Shown here piece after piece: positions 11,601 through 20,593 of a stretch of 64,000 bases of DNA. The stretch covers positions 248,001 through 312,000 of the IMG/VR virus record IMGVR_UViG_3300049001_000044. The stretch is one strand, 5' to 3'. The notes under the pieces were generated by a model. That model did no database searches and had not been told where the DNA came from. It was given only the letters and a program-made list of their open reading frames with translations. The translations under genes and the position numbers were made by a program. How positions within the stretch are numbered: position 1 is the stretch's first letter; every line of letters begins with the position of its first letter.

Positions 11601-13930
11601 CGCTGTACAACTACTCGACGCAGACCACCAACAACCCGAACCTTTCCACTCTTCGCCCATGGGGCAAGAAGGAAGTTGGTAGAGTATGGTGGGACACCGA
11701 CAACCTCGGCTACGTCTCGTACTACGATGCGCAAGTCTATCCTAATCGCAACGAACGTAACGCACGTTGGGGCAGTCTTGCTGAATGGGCGACTATCGAT
11801 CTGTGCGAATGGACAGAATCCACTGTTCCTCCTACCGAATACGATGCACTGGCTAGCGCTCAGCAAGGTAGCTCGGAAATTCCAGCTGAACAGCGCGCAT
11901 CTGGTAAGGCAGCGAAAAAGTCCTACTACAAGCGAGACAGAGAAATCACTGTTCGTCCTATCGCATGGTCGAAAGCTGGCGTTGGCGATCAAGCTGCGCA
12001 CCCAGCATTTGGTCCTGCAGTCGCGACGAAAGTTTACTACGCTGGTGGTGCTCTCTTCGCAGACGCTGGCCGTACTCTCACCATCAACTTGGTGGAAGAT
12101 CGCCACTTTGGTGCATGGTTGAACAACAAGCCAGTTGGTGAAGTCGTCATCACTGACCAGATCGTCTACGACCTGGGTTCGTCCACCTCGCTTGCTACTC
12201 CGCAAGTTGACGGTCTTGGCATCTCTCTCATCGTTGGTGGTCGATTCGGTGATCGTATCGGTCAAATCAACTTGAACGCTCGCACCGCTCCGAACGGTGT
12301 TGAATACCTGACGATGTCAGACGACTTCAACTTCTCGCAAGAGATTGAGCTGCCTGCATTCAACGGCGTTGCTGGTGATCAGCGCGAAATTCGCTTCGAC
12401 GATTTCAGTATCATCCTTACTGTTGACGCGCTGGCGATCGCATCACAGATTGCTAATGCTTGGAGCGACGTTTATGTTCGCGAAGGTGTAAGAGTTGAAG
12501 AGATCATCGCTCTCCCAGACTACGTCTTCGTCAACGATCCAACTGATGCTGATTATCTCAGCCACGATTATGAGTGGAAGGCATGGGACGTTCCTTCTCA
12601 AGAAGATCTGTCCAGTGACTTGATGCCACCACGCAGCACATGGATGCCATACGTCGGTGCGCCAGTCAGCATCGTACCAACCGCTGCTGTTGTTAAGGCA
12701 ATGGGCGAAGCTAACCTGACTCTGAAGAGTGGTATCGAGATCACCCGCTACAACTCTACTTGGACCGACTGGGTCAAGCTGGAGACCGCGAAGGTTGAGA
12801 AGATCAGCGATGGTGAGAACAAAGTTAGCTTTGATCGCTCCTTCACTGATGAGGCAGAGGTAGATGTGAATCGTCTCTCCATCTACGCGAATGGTGTTCA
12901 GCTGAACCCGCAAACGTACATTGTTTCGGGAGGCGTTGGACAGGAAGTAGTTGAGATCGTAAATATCCTGCCAGAAGGAACGCCTGTTCTGTTGATCTAC
13001 CGCGCTTACCAACCAACCGCAGCTGAGTTGGAGTTTGATCCAGCGGTGAAGGATGATGCAGCCGTTCTGACTCAGTACAAGGCAGACTACCAGTACACGA
13101 AAGTGGATGTTCGCAATGAAGCGGGCGTAATCGTAGGTGCCAAGTACTACTTCTGGGTTCAGGATAAGACCGTCGTTCAACCTAACAAGAGCATGTCACT
13201 CGTGCAAGCAAAGAGCATTCTGACTAACGGACCTTCGCAGTTCATGATGTTTGCCCGTCTAACTGACGGCAACTTCGACTCGTGCGTCATCGCTGGTCTG
13301 AACAATCTGGTTACGAACAACGACACGTACAAGCTGCGCTTCCAACGCAACCACACCCTACGTGATGATCCTGAGCAACTGAGTCTGAAGAACACTCATA
13401 CAGAGTGGGCGCTTATCCGTCGCAGCCAGTCGTCTAAGATTCCTAAGACGCTGTGGGATCATCTTGCAAATGCGGCCGCTGCTCATGATGCTGTTGGTAA
13501 CCCACTGCCTTCGAAGTCTCGTATCGATTACGACGAACGCAATGGCACCAGAACGCAGTTTGGTTTCAAGCAAGGTCAAATCTTTGCCGACACCAACCTA
13601 GTTCGTGCTTCGATCGTTAACACGATTCTGAACACATCGCTTAGCATCAAGCTCGGTAACACTTCGATTCCTGACTACATCACCGCTCTCAACTTCGACA
13701 AGAGCGATGAATGGTTCGCAGATGATGACGCAGCAAGAGCAACAATGGATCTTATCTGGTCGACGGCTCGCCCACGTCAAATCAACGAAATCTTCTTCGA
13801 AGTACTGGAAGATGCTCTTGCATCTAACTACGAATTCAGCGACATCTTCAAAACGTCTCTGATCTCGGTGTACTCCACGACGAAGGTTGAAGAACAAGTA
13901 GAAGGCGAAATCGAGGATGGCAAATTCTGA
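5687..13930 (+). CDS. Giant baseplate/tail structural protein (~2750 aa; positional gp7 analogue)
   Basis: Very long ORF (alternative start 5660) downstream of gp6; LAPPIDLDKFINFSNYYW N-terminal block; VGDTVLVKNQTNAAENGVYVV fibre-type motif; beta-rich. Confidence 0.75.
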   Translation: MANKQKIDLKKFIPSNLRNELNTSLADNLFNRFLSEEQSVSVSGQVGKVTDPNDAVIQASDLDRELNALVPALYFKTGAEESLFTFDDLLNRMAALGVDINNLKSSLSEQSLNLAPPIDLDKFINFSNYYWTAVDAKPVRAEQTMAWNTALNAEYYVIKRPSATSNIKLPVNLATTNDIKLYGKGREPEKVTVEFQSNDTFTITGSNGPLSVDKNQLTGIKTLLTVTGPNSLALFSFQITQGSEAFEVGDKFEIDITYVTGSNTVSFTPGPSLITLSKGFVSNIVADSQLMMVDGVRVKVGDTVLVKNQTNAAENGVYVVKMDKWLRLSNYSDASHFPASTSIYVYFGSQAGKTFTLQSTVTEVGVSPIVFAPDTTNPAIAVNDWQIYNFWVHKDDLDPTYTNATQATRPIIEYDNDLQLNAAFDDDGYPTIGSSAPQSKTRFNQIPQFDLFYYDGHHAKKTSGIFFYEEDPDFDVDAILLRRTKLTVNADYMFGLGVKDEDGRLLFFKKQGELKSIWAPGNTTASVTSLTLNAEASEMKGSISTQVFSSADTQTWTITAKSATTFSVVGSRSGYQGDAIIGVAFTAPDDFEIVINEGSVEYAVGDTFTMNVAGVVAPRYVKKVDGNVVNVVGGPLGDTAQEGSWMVPRRMFENMLRTLSTEIAYGDLVDHCRSIIKSQDGFKGSSFGINNYRQLSHNHGLGGNIREYNGNFPLLASLLMQPGMSPLSIIDFGEQQYATALASIDQFLSNELANYIATTAVPSLSLIDPTDAQVQNLLNTFENLRANDQLLKDVFSDSTALVKNWPVTLPMMGITRKTKPTITFDMDLGIDVIVHHDNHRSPLAATDVEFDRNLARTLVRRSDSTTSAGVFAEAMPNLPYARQLWFRPSTNELKVFDVFADTDEAPASGVDGQFWYKRSANELREWDSLSNTWVISASTIASRWTILNSAAIRNSLVLAVEQKLADSVHPSMTPRVALSSYDLDDMAAVELARFSAKYGYDTYATVFDQSDAFTWNYSMMFGDARWFDVYATYFYNEVGVVDLKRPNIEPWKLLGLTDKPSDWDAKNAGVDRLWKTEMWLDIMAAKPGLKLCVDINTDALLPPYVSSSLPESQYALTTVKPEGIANTYSFQDNGPVENIWRKSLEYGYSLARIYFKRQPLRFVENLWGTTYIYPSSNALRLERNLSQPSSPSKFLLHGERLHNIVERDASEHFIGKVRMSSTATANVEFQVTHTDNNKTYFYAYINGALKMIVEEGKVFSLSGDGVIINDVIIDDMGIPFSLGDKFTIKYTATPDPAVDPAPPVDPEDCGCVVPGTNDTLPYPQVVVTSVWTFTPAKTKKYNGVGQLYTNLLRYNYIDTDMSKATNAYRSWDVRLVHRLGALIRGDSLEIDTALGTLPETAYNLLLKRSEYLDSKWISALRIQLVQAGKRVATSAGNYIPVGAGEDWVFRLETYNPQHPLIEYYSYEQDEYLTFNALQGQTTKLEWKHRTKRAHLNQVTTPIAITGVQNLIDVIFGYIERLEEVGFKINMTEDVVVDAETGRNLDWQLEVEKLVDRIYTNMGPGNGHVLNPFLHALYVETPTGLLSRYTESSFIDTTAAQAIFDVTGKVIPMNNLYVVRTDDSAVTYSDVPIFSAHVFNDEFEHVIVFNTRLSDEIGSSTIFDPFLGMRIDTARLAYTRQAEVDRKPRFHGFVLNGNDVRRNIVSSVDSIANYYDASKTFNEPATAKHALSLLGFSSKQYFADIGISDATQFNFWRGLIQAKGTNMSIDAFVNYKKFADASVDEYWAYKVADYGDARPRNLPEIKIEQADCQQSFTQLQFYDATTDHDQLPQFIQIEKEDDARWFSIDDLGVGMVFDALPTSVTVTAANVGYYQLNTIFHNGDDGAPTVTKNGLATNDATMVNASLLKVNVAGTYVVNGYTWANPVKQSPVKLFDYKTNTLVKQIALWHPAIGIHAHEPLEIINTVSKADPALYNYSTQTTNNPNLSTLRPWGKKEVGRVWWDTDNLGYVSYYDAQVYPNRNERNARWGSLAEWATIDLCEWTESTVPPTEYDALASAQQGSSEIPAEQRASGKAAKKSYYKRDREITVRPIAWSKAGVGDQAAHPAFGPAVATKVYYAGGALFADAGRTLTINLVEDRHFGAWLNNKPVGEVVITDQIVYDLGSSTSLATPQVDGLGISLIVGGRFGDRIGQINLNARTAPNGVEYLTMSDDFNFSQEIELPAFNGVAGDQREIRFDDFSIILTVDALAIASQIANAWSDVYVREGVRVEEIIALPDYVFVNDPTDADYLSHDYEWKAWDVPSQEDLSSDLMPPRSTWMPYVGAPVSIVPTAAVVKAMGEANLTLKSGIEITRYNSTWTDWVKLETAKVEKISDGENKVSFDRSFTDEAEVDVNRLSIYANGVQLNPQTYIVSGGVGQEVVEIVNILPEGTPVLLIYRAYQPTAAELEFDPAVKDDAAVLTQYKADYQYTKVDVRNEAGVIVGAKYYFWVQDKTVVQPNKSMSLVQAKSILTNGPSQFMMFARLTDGNFDSCVIAGLNNLVTNNDTYKLRFQRNHTLRDDPEQLSLKNTHTEWALIRRSQSSKIPKTLWDHLANAAAAHDAVGNPLPSKSRIDYDERNGTRTQFGFKQGQIFADTNLVRASIVNTILNTSLSIKLGNTSIPDYITALNFDKSDEWFADDDAARATMDLIWSTARPRQINEIFFEVLEDALASNYEFSDIFKTSLISVYSTTKVEEQVEGEIEDGKF

Positions 13931-16900
13931 TAAATCATCTCGCTACCTTTCGGTAGCGAGTGGTCACATTGACAGTCTGATCAGCTACGTCACTGACGTA
14001 AAGCCGTATCACACGAAGCTGTCTGAGATTGTTGAGGAGTTCCTCTTTGAGGACTCCATCAATGTCAAGATCGAGGAGGAACATCAAGAGCTTCTGGTCC
14101 TTGGACCTGACCTCCTCAATCGTGGCTCAAACAGCGCGTTGAAAGTATGGGATAAGATCGGTGCGTCACGCCCTGCCGATACTCTGTCTGCGCAAAGGAC
14201 AGTGATTTCGGATGGTACACGTAGAACGTTCCCAATCCCACTGACCACCGTTCCAAAGCTTCTTAGCCAGTCTAGCCAAGACGCCTTTGTAGTAGGTGTG
14301 AACGACAACCAGCAAATCCCTGGTTTGATTCGCGGCGTCTATTCAAATCGTCGCTTTGACGGCCCGGGTGTTCCTCTCGTTCAGAAGAATGGCAAGCACA
14401 TGGTTGAAGGTGTGGACTATCACATCTCCCTTGGCGCATTCTCCTTCAAGACCATCGGCGGTAGCAAGTGGAAAGAACAAGCTGTTGCTGACCTCACCTC
14501 TTTTGCGCAGAATCCAGGTGCATTGGCTTTCAACAATGTCTACGAGCAGTTCGGTTCGATTGTCGACATTATCCCAGGCACATACGAAGAGTTCAAGCTG
14601 ACATGGAATGGCACCGCGTTGACCGTCGTTGGTTCGATCTCTGGTAATTTGGGTACTTGTCAATTCGGCAAGACCTTCACCTCGCCAAAAATCACCTTCA
14701 CCTTCACCTCAGCGTATGGTGATCCAGCAACTGAGCAGCCAACGTTGAATGTTGGTGATACGTTCATCTTGACTCCTCGTGAGAAGATCACGGTTGCGAC
14801 AAACGCACCAGATGAAACGTGGACGATCATCAAGACCAATCCACAGGCTCTCCAGGCCGCTCCACTCTTTAAGCGCACAAGCAGCATCCCTGCTCAGTCT
14901 ACGCCTGCTCTTACCATTTATGGACAATCGCTTGAGTGGACGCTTCGCTCTGATTGGACCATCACGTTCATTGATGCAACGACGTACGTCATTAGCACGA
15001 AGGACGTCGTCAACAAGCAGCTGGCGGGATATCCAAAAACCGTTAGCCTAATAGATGGATGCAGCTTCAAAGATGAGTTCATCCATTACACGATCGTTCC
15101 TCCGCTCAATGGCTTCCAAGCAGGCGACAGCTTCTCATTCACCATCAAGACGCTCAAGCCAAACTACCTAGTGTATGGTTCGAAGTCTGGTTGGCAGGCG
15201 CCTGCAACTGCGGGTCAGTGGTATTGGAACGGTAAGATTGGTTTCAAAATTCCTAAGCTCGACTACTACGCGCTGAAGCGGTCTTCGACCATCTCTACGT
15301 CGAAGGATGGTGACGATTGGCAGCCTGTTGTCGTGAATGGACAAGAGCTAACCAACGTCAGCTACATCAACAACGCGTTCATTGCAAGCGGCGCAAAGTC
15401 TATCGTAGCCGCATCTACTGACGGTACGAGTTGGTCTGACGACCTAACTAACTTCGCAACTATCGACAAGCGTCTTGCCATCGTTGGTGAGGACGGCCTT
15501 GTTGCGATGACTGAAGATGGTGAGACCTGGTACAAAGTTGCCACCCACACCACGAAAAAACTGAAGGGTATTACGGTAATCCCAGTAAGTGGCGGTGAAT
15601 CACCCAACGTTATCATCGTCGTGGGCGAAGGCGGAACAATCCTTACTTCTATCAACGGCTTTGGTTGGACTAATCGTGAAAGCAATGTGAAGGCGTCGCT
15701 GAACTCTATCGCCTACTCTAATGATTGGATCATTGCTGTCGGTGATAACGGTACCATCCTTCGTTCGAAAGACCGCATCACCTGGACTGTCACTACTTCG
15801 CCAACGACTGAGAACCTGAACAAGGTCAAGTTCTTGAATGACGCGTTCTGGGCAGTAGGTACAAACGGCACAATCATCACGTCCAAGGACGGTGTGAACT
15901 GGGCGAAGGGCGTGAGCAACACGACTGCTGAGCTCAACGATATTGCGTTCGGTGCTGGTCGCTACCTCGCTGGTGGTAGAGGCGGCGTCATGTGTAAGTC
16001 CTTTAACGGAATTACCTGGACCTCGTACGACTCCAAGCCGATTAACGCGATCGAATTCGGTGCTGAGGAACAAGTCTTTGTAACAGTTGAACACGTCATC
16101 GGCGTACCTGCGAACTTCGTACCGCTTCGTGCTCCTCATTCGGCTGCTGCTCCTTCGATGTACACCATCACCTTCCGTTCCCCAGTGAATGGCGGCTCAG
16201 TCGTCGGTGGTACCGTTCAAAATAATCTCTACGGATACCGTCAGGGCTTCAAGATTAATGAGAATTGGCAAGACGAATACTGCTCCTTCAAGATTGGTCC
16301 GTCCGACGACGTGTACCGTCCAGGTGAACAAATCGACGTCTACTTGGTTCCAAAGGCTACATTCATCGCGAACGGTAACTACGACGAACTGCCGTACGAC
16401 ACAACCGTCTTTGACACGCACATCGGTAAGATCGAATACCCTCTTGATCTGTTGCAGGAGTACTTCCCACTCCACTACAACCAAGACGCGCTGATCTTCC
16501 CTAACACCACACCTGCTGACGATGGTGTGAAGATCATCGTTGACAAGGCGATGAAGGAGTCTATCGACTTCCGCATCGGCAAAGGAGCTGAAGATCAAGT
16601 CGTTCCGCCTGCAGAGTTGGCAGCGACGAATGGTTGGGTGCCTCTTGAATTCCGTTACTACGATCGTCGTATCAACAACGACTCTGTTGCAGAGTTCCCT
16701 GATCTCGCGACCTACCTTGATGCGTACTTGGCTTCGGATCCAGACACTAAAGTGTTCACCATCACGCAGCCTCGCTACAAGACGACGAATAGACCGGCTG
16801 AAGCTACGCTGATTTTTGATGACGTCTTCTTTAAGAAGTATCTGCCTGAGCGTAAGTACTTCTCACTGCGCTTTAACCAAACGGACAGCTACAGCCAAAC

Positions 16901-17549
16901 CATTCGTGTGAAGGTGAGTGAGAACCTCCGCATCTACGCGCGTATTCGACTGAACTTTGATGATATCGCAATGGTCAAGGTGAGCGACATTACGCCAGCA
17001 ACATGGGAGACGGTTGCCATCCTGAACATGCAGGATGAGTTCAACGCTGCGTTCTTGGAAGGTGGCTTCTTCACGAAGGTGGACGCGAACGAAATCACGT
17101 CGATTGTTCCGATGCCTGAGCCTACCATTTCAGTCAAAGAGAAGCCGACTGAAATTGCTGGCACGAACTTCTCAGAAGGTCTGCAGATCGTCATGCGTCT
17201 GACTGCAGATGCAGAAGTTGGTTACGATACTTACCCGTACGACACTGAACCCTACTACGATTACATCGACAACCGCCCTGTTGGTACGATCTTGAGCGTC
17301 AGCCTGAACTATGACGTAAATACCGACGTGAATGGTATCCACGTTGCGATCGCAGCTGAAGAATACGTTGTCACGCACAACAAGAAAGGCAGCACTCCTA
17401 CTGTCATCGTTTATCCTGACGATACGACTAAGCCATCCTTCGTCGTGTTCCCTGAGATGATCTATACTCCTGTCGCTGGCGCGCAGCTGTCAAGTTTCAA
17501 GTTCTCTGTACCTGATGGAACGGGTCCCTTCCAACTGACTCTGGCGTAA
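13917..17549 (+). CDS. Tail/baseplate protein with beta-propeller (BNR/YCF48-like) repeats
   Basis: Overlaps the upstream stop; repeated LN.IA...IAVG..GTIL.S.DG..W blades; N-terminal DVKPYHTKL. Confidence 0.75.
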   Translation: MANSDKSSRYLSVASGHIDSLISYVTDVKPYHTKLSEIVEEFLFEDSINVKIEEEHQELLVLGPDLLNRGSNSALKVWDKIGASRPADTLSAQRTVISDGTRRTFPIPLTTVPKLLSQSSQDAFVVGVNDNQQIPGLIRGVYSNRRFDGPGVPLVQKNGKHMVEGVDYHISLGAFSFKTIGGSKWKEQAVADLTSFAQNPGALAFNNVYEQFGSIVDIIPGTYEEFKLTWNGTALTVVGSISGNLGTCQFGKTFTSPKITFTFTSAYGDPATEQPTLNVGDTFILTPREKITVATNAPDETWTIIKTNPQALQAAPLFKRTSSIPAQSTPALTIYGQSLEWTLRSDWTITFIDATTYVISTKDVVNKQLAGYPKTVSLIDGCSFKDEFIHYTIVPPLNGFQAGDSFSFTIKTLKPNYLVYGSKSGWQAPATAGQWYWNGKIGFKIPKLDYYALKRSSTISTSKDGDDWQPVVVNGQELTNVSYINNAFIASGAKSIVAASTDGTSWSDDLTNFATIDKRLAIVGEDGLVAMTEDGETWYKVATHTTKKLKGITVIPVSGGESPNVIIVVGEGGTILTSINGFGWTNRESNVKASLNSIAYSNDWIIAVGDNGTILRSKDRITWTVTTSPTTENLNKVKFLNDAFWAVGTNGTIITSKDGVNWAKGVSNTTAELNDIAFGAGRYLAGGRGGVMCKSFNGITWTSYDSKPINAIEFGAEEQVFVTVEHVIGVPANFVPLRAPHSAAAPSMYTITFRSPVNGGSVVGGTVQNNLYGYRQGFKINENWQDEYCSFKIGPSDDVYRPGEQIDVYLVPKATFIANGNYDELPYDTTVFDTHIGKIEYPLDLLQEYFPLHYNQDALIFPNTTPADDGVKIIVDKAMKESIDFRIGKGAEDQVVPPAELAATNGWVPLEFRYYDRRINNDSVAEFPDLATYLDAYLASDPDTKVFTITQPRYKTTNRPAEATLIFDDVFFKKYLPERKYFSLRFNQTDSYSQTIRVKVSENLRIYARIRLNFDDIAMVKVSDITPATWETVAILNMQDEFNAAFLEGGFFTKVDANEITSIVPMPEPTISVKEKPTEIAGTNFSEGLQIVMRLTADAEVGYDTYPYDTEPYYDYIDNRPVGTILSVSLNYDVNTDVNGIHVAIAAEEYVVTHNKKGSTPTVIVYPDDTTKPSFVVFPEMIYTPVAGAQLSSFKFSVPDGTGPFQLTLA

Positions 17550-17563
17550 ACCATACCATACCA

Positions 17564-17569
17564 TAAATA
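17564..17569 (+). promoter_or_regulatory. T4-like late promoter core
   Basis: cataaata upstream of 17617. Confidence 0.6.
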
Positions 17570-17616
17570 TGCCATAGTTTTCATCCTGGCGAAATAACCA
17601 TATTAACGGAGAAATA

Positions 17617-18192
17617 ATGACTGCAGCCATCGTCAACACCCACGTTAAAGGACACGTCCTTGTGCAGGACGCTTCCACAGGCGAGGTGCTCCTCGACAAG
17701 TTCAATGCTGTCCACAACAAGAACATGGCCATCGCTTTGGCGCGTGGTCTTGCGAACGATGCCAACCACCAGATCTACAAGATCAAGCTGGGCAATGGTG
17801 GTTCATCGATCGACAGCATGAACCAAATCACCTACCAAGCTCCTAACGTTACGGGCAGTGGGGCCGATCTCTACAATCCGACTTATTCGGAAATCATCGA
17901 TGAAGCGCAGGCATCAACCCCTGCGGAGAACTCGGTGACGTATCAGGAAAGTCCGACGAACGATACTACGATCGTCATCTGCACCGCCACGATTGCATCT
18001 GGCGAACCAGCAGGTCAAGACGTTTCTGACTCGCCTCCGAACCCGAATCCTGAAGCTCAATTTGCGTTTGACGAACTTGGTCTGTTCTCAGCAGACAACC
18101 GTCTTCTCACGCACATTATCTTCTCCCCGATTCTGAAGACGCAAAACAGAGAACTGGTCATCACTTATACCCTGACGATTAGCGTTTCATAA
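17617..18192 (+). CDS. Putative baseplate/fibre-attachment structural protein
   Basis: 191 aa; FAFDELGLFS...LLTHIIFSPILK motif of the kind seen in fibre-attachment domains; late context. Confidence 0.6.
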   Translation: MTAAIVNTHVKGHVLVQDASTGEVLLDKFNAVHNKNMAIALARGLANDANHQIYKIKLGNGGSSIDSMNQITYQAPNVTGSGADLYNPTYSEIIDEAQASTPAENSVTYQESPTNDTTIVICTATIASGEPAGQDVSDSPPNPNPEAQFAFDELGLFSADNRLLTHIIFSPILKTQNRELVITYTLTISVS

Positions 18193-18220
18193 ACCCGTCA
18201 CTTTTCCATAGGAGGGAGAA

Positions 18221-19267
18221 GTGAAGGTCTCTTTTAGACAAGGTATAGTCCGTTGTAAGATGGTGCCTGCCTCGGGCGGTGCCACTTCAACACCAACATT
18301 GCTGTTCATCCAGCCAAGTTCTAAGGGTACGACCGTCGACCTGTTCGCTTCACAACAGGAACCGACGGTCGTGTCGTTTGCCCATTATGGCGCGAACTAT
18401 TTGGCTGAAGAAAGTAGAAACGTGACCTCAGCCTGGGGTGGTGGGGTCGAGGCTGTTATTGGCGCCTCGAAGGACATCAACAATAGTCCGCTCGACAAGT
18501 TTGGTATCCAATATCTGTATTGGGATATCGACTTGAGCACCGGCGCTGTGCGTAGAGGTTGGACAGATAAGGCTCTCATCGTATCGGCAACCGAGCCAGT
18601 GAATGCGCCCAACGATCAGCACTGGTTTGACCTAAGCAAGAACGTGATGAAAGTCCGCCGTGTGACTGGCGCAACAGCGCACTGGTTGGATAAGATTCGT
18701 GTCTTTGCTGGCACGTACACGGCGCAGGGAGCAATCGTTCCATTCGTACCAACAATCATAGGCTCGCAAGTAGGGATTTCCAAAGGCGAGTACTCTGCTG
18801 GTGCGATCCTTCTAGGTACGAACAATAAGCCGCTGCGCCAATCGGATGGCACTTTTGCCACCACCGAAACTGACCTCATCGTCCAACAGACGAGTGGTCA
18901 AAACGTTAAGTTTGATTCCGCTGTAGTCTTCGCACAAGCAAGCGAGGAGATTCCAAAGTTCTATTTGGTTTCGTTTAGTCCAGATCGTCGCATCAAGTTA
19001 GGCACGCACCTGAACAAGAATCAGTTCATTGCAGGAATTGTTGTTGATGACCTAAATGAAAACGAAACTGGCCAAGTCATTACGAATGGTGCTATTCGTA
19101 ATGAGCAATGGAACTGGCCAGAGTCTAGCTTTGGTAAGCCTCTCTTCTGCTCTGCTTCCGGCCATCTCACCCTTACACCACCCCAAGTAGGTGTGTCTCA
19201 GCAGGTGGGATTCGTTTATGACAAAGATGCCATCTATCTAAATCTATTTCCGCCAGTGAGGTTGTAG
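18221..19267 (+). CDS. Putative virion structural protein
   Basis: GTG start with SD ggaggg; 348 aa; within the structural operon. Confidence 0.6.
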   Translation: MKVSFRQGIVRCKMVPASGGATSTPTLLFIQPSSKGTTVDLFASQQEPTVVSFAHYGANYLAEESRNVTSAWGGGVEAVIGASKDINNSPLDKFGIQYLYWDIDLSTGAVRRGWTDKALIVSATEPVNAPNDQHWFDLSKNVMKVRRVTGATAHWLDKIRVFAGTYTAQGAIVPFVPTIIGSQVGISKGEYSAGAILLGTNNKPLRQSDGTFATTETDLIVQQTSGQNVKFDSAVVFAQASEEIPKFYLVSFSPDRRIKLGTHLNKNQFIAGIVVDDLNENETGQVITNGAIRNEQWNWPESSFGKPLFCSASGHLTLTPPQVGVSQQVGFVYDKDAIYLNLFPPVRL

Positions 19268-19268
19268 T

Positions 19269-20222
19269 ATGGCAGAATTAGTTTTGAAACCAATCTACCT
19301 AGATGACGAAGGTATCTTCGCTAGGTTGCCGGATGGTTCTATCGTTAACATTGGTGGTACGAACAGTCAGTATTTCACCGTCAACGGTAGAGGACTTGTA
19401 TTTGACGATGCTTCGTCTACAGCACCAGGTGGAACCGGTCTAACCCTTCAAAAGGTCTACGACGAAACGGTTCGCCATGGTGAGGCAACTATCAAGCTAC
19501 AAACGGGAAAAGATTTCTCGATCGTTGACGACAACGACAAGAACGTCTTCTTCCGCATTGACTCTGAAACCGGTAAGGTCACTTTGACAGGTGACTTGGA
19601 AGTTCTTGGTCAAAGCACCGTCATCAACACTGTCATTCAAGACAGTGACCACTGGGTTATCTCACCATCGACGGGCACGACGACTGCTCTCGTAATTGAG
19701 CCAGATCCAGGCGTCGTACCAATTGTCGACCTAGTAACAGTACGCAGAACTTACGGCACACCACCTGTATTCCGCATCGACAAGGATGGCAACCTCATCA
19801 CTACCGGTCTCTTTAATGGGATCGACATTGCGAAACTCAAGAGCGATCTTGACTCGCATATTGCTGGTACTTATGGACGCCACACGGCGTCTCAAGTTGA
19901 CATCCACCCCATTGAGGCCCTGCCGGGATCAACGGACGTTCAATCCGCAATTGAAGCTCTGTCTAATAAAGTGGAGAACGCGGGTGGTGGAAATACTGGT
20001 GGCGGTATCAGTGGCGTGCAGGGTTATGAGCACGTGCAAACCACGCCCGCAAAGATGTGGTTCATAACGCATGAAAAGAATACACGCCGTGCGACAGTGG
20101 CGTTGTACGATGATGATTGGCAACTGATCATTCCCGACCATGTAAAGATCATGGATCCGAACACGGTGGCGGTCATGTTCAGCGCAGCAATTAGCGGCAG
20201 AGGGATCCTAACTCTCTTCTAA
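19269..20222 (+). CDS. Putative fibre protein with C-terminal ~65-aa module
   Basis: DVQSAIEAL coil motif; C-terminal W.ITH...V.LYD...IIP..V...D.NTV.V.F module shared with downstream genes. Confidence 0.65.
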   Translation: MAELVLKPIYLDDEGIFARLPDGSIVNIGGTNSQYFTVNGRGLVFDDASSTAPGGTGLTLQKVYDETVRHGEATIKLQTGKDFSIVDDNDKNVFFRIDSETGKVTLTGDLEVLGQSTVINTVIQDSDHWVISPSTGTTTALVIEPDPGVVPIVDLVTVRRTYGTPPVFRIDKDGNLITTGLFNGIDIAKLKSDLDSHIAGTYGRHTASQVDIHPIEALPGSTDVQSAIEALSNKVENAGGGNTGGGISGVQGYEHVQTTPAKMWFITHEKNTRRATVALYDDDWQLIIPDHVKIMDPNTVAVMFSAAISGRGILTLF

Positions 20223-20236
20223 ATTTTGCGTCCTGA

Positions 20237-20244
20237 TATAAATA
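20237..20244 (+). promoter_or_regulatory. Perfect T4 late promoter TATAAATA
   Basis: tataaata in the intergenic gap before 20287. Confidence 0.75.
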
Positions 20245-20286
20245 GAACCTGTCAATCAACCAAGAAACATTTTAAGGAAGACGGCT

Positions 20287-20517
20287 ATGTCAAAGAAAAC
20301 TATTGAGACACAGGACATTGTTCTGGCAGCTACTCTCAAGGTGCTCGGATATCGTCTTGACCACATCGAGAAAGTTGGCAACAAAGGGATTTTCCACTTT
20401 GTAAACGTTGATGAAGAAGTGATCAATGACTACGATCTGGGGAACCTCAAGGTAGAGCCTGTGGCTTTCAATTCTGCGATCAAAGCACTGACCACCGCAT
20501 CTCGTAGAACGCTTTGA
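20287..20517 (+). CDS. Small conserved phage protein (DUF5659-like)
   Basis: TQDIVLAATL..GY.L...F.F...Y..G.L.VEP..F pattern; 76 aa. Confidence 0.55.
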   Translation: MSKKTIETQDIVLAATLKVLGYRLDHIEKVGNKGIFHFVNVDEEVINDYDLGNLKVEPVAFNSAIKALTTASRRTL

Positions 20518-20593
20518 TTCAAGATTTAGTAGTATCGTAGTACCTGTAGTAAAGTAGTAAGTTTGTTTCACGCCACTCACTTAGGAGCTTCAC

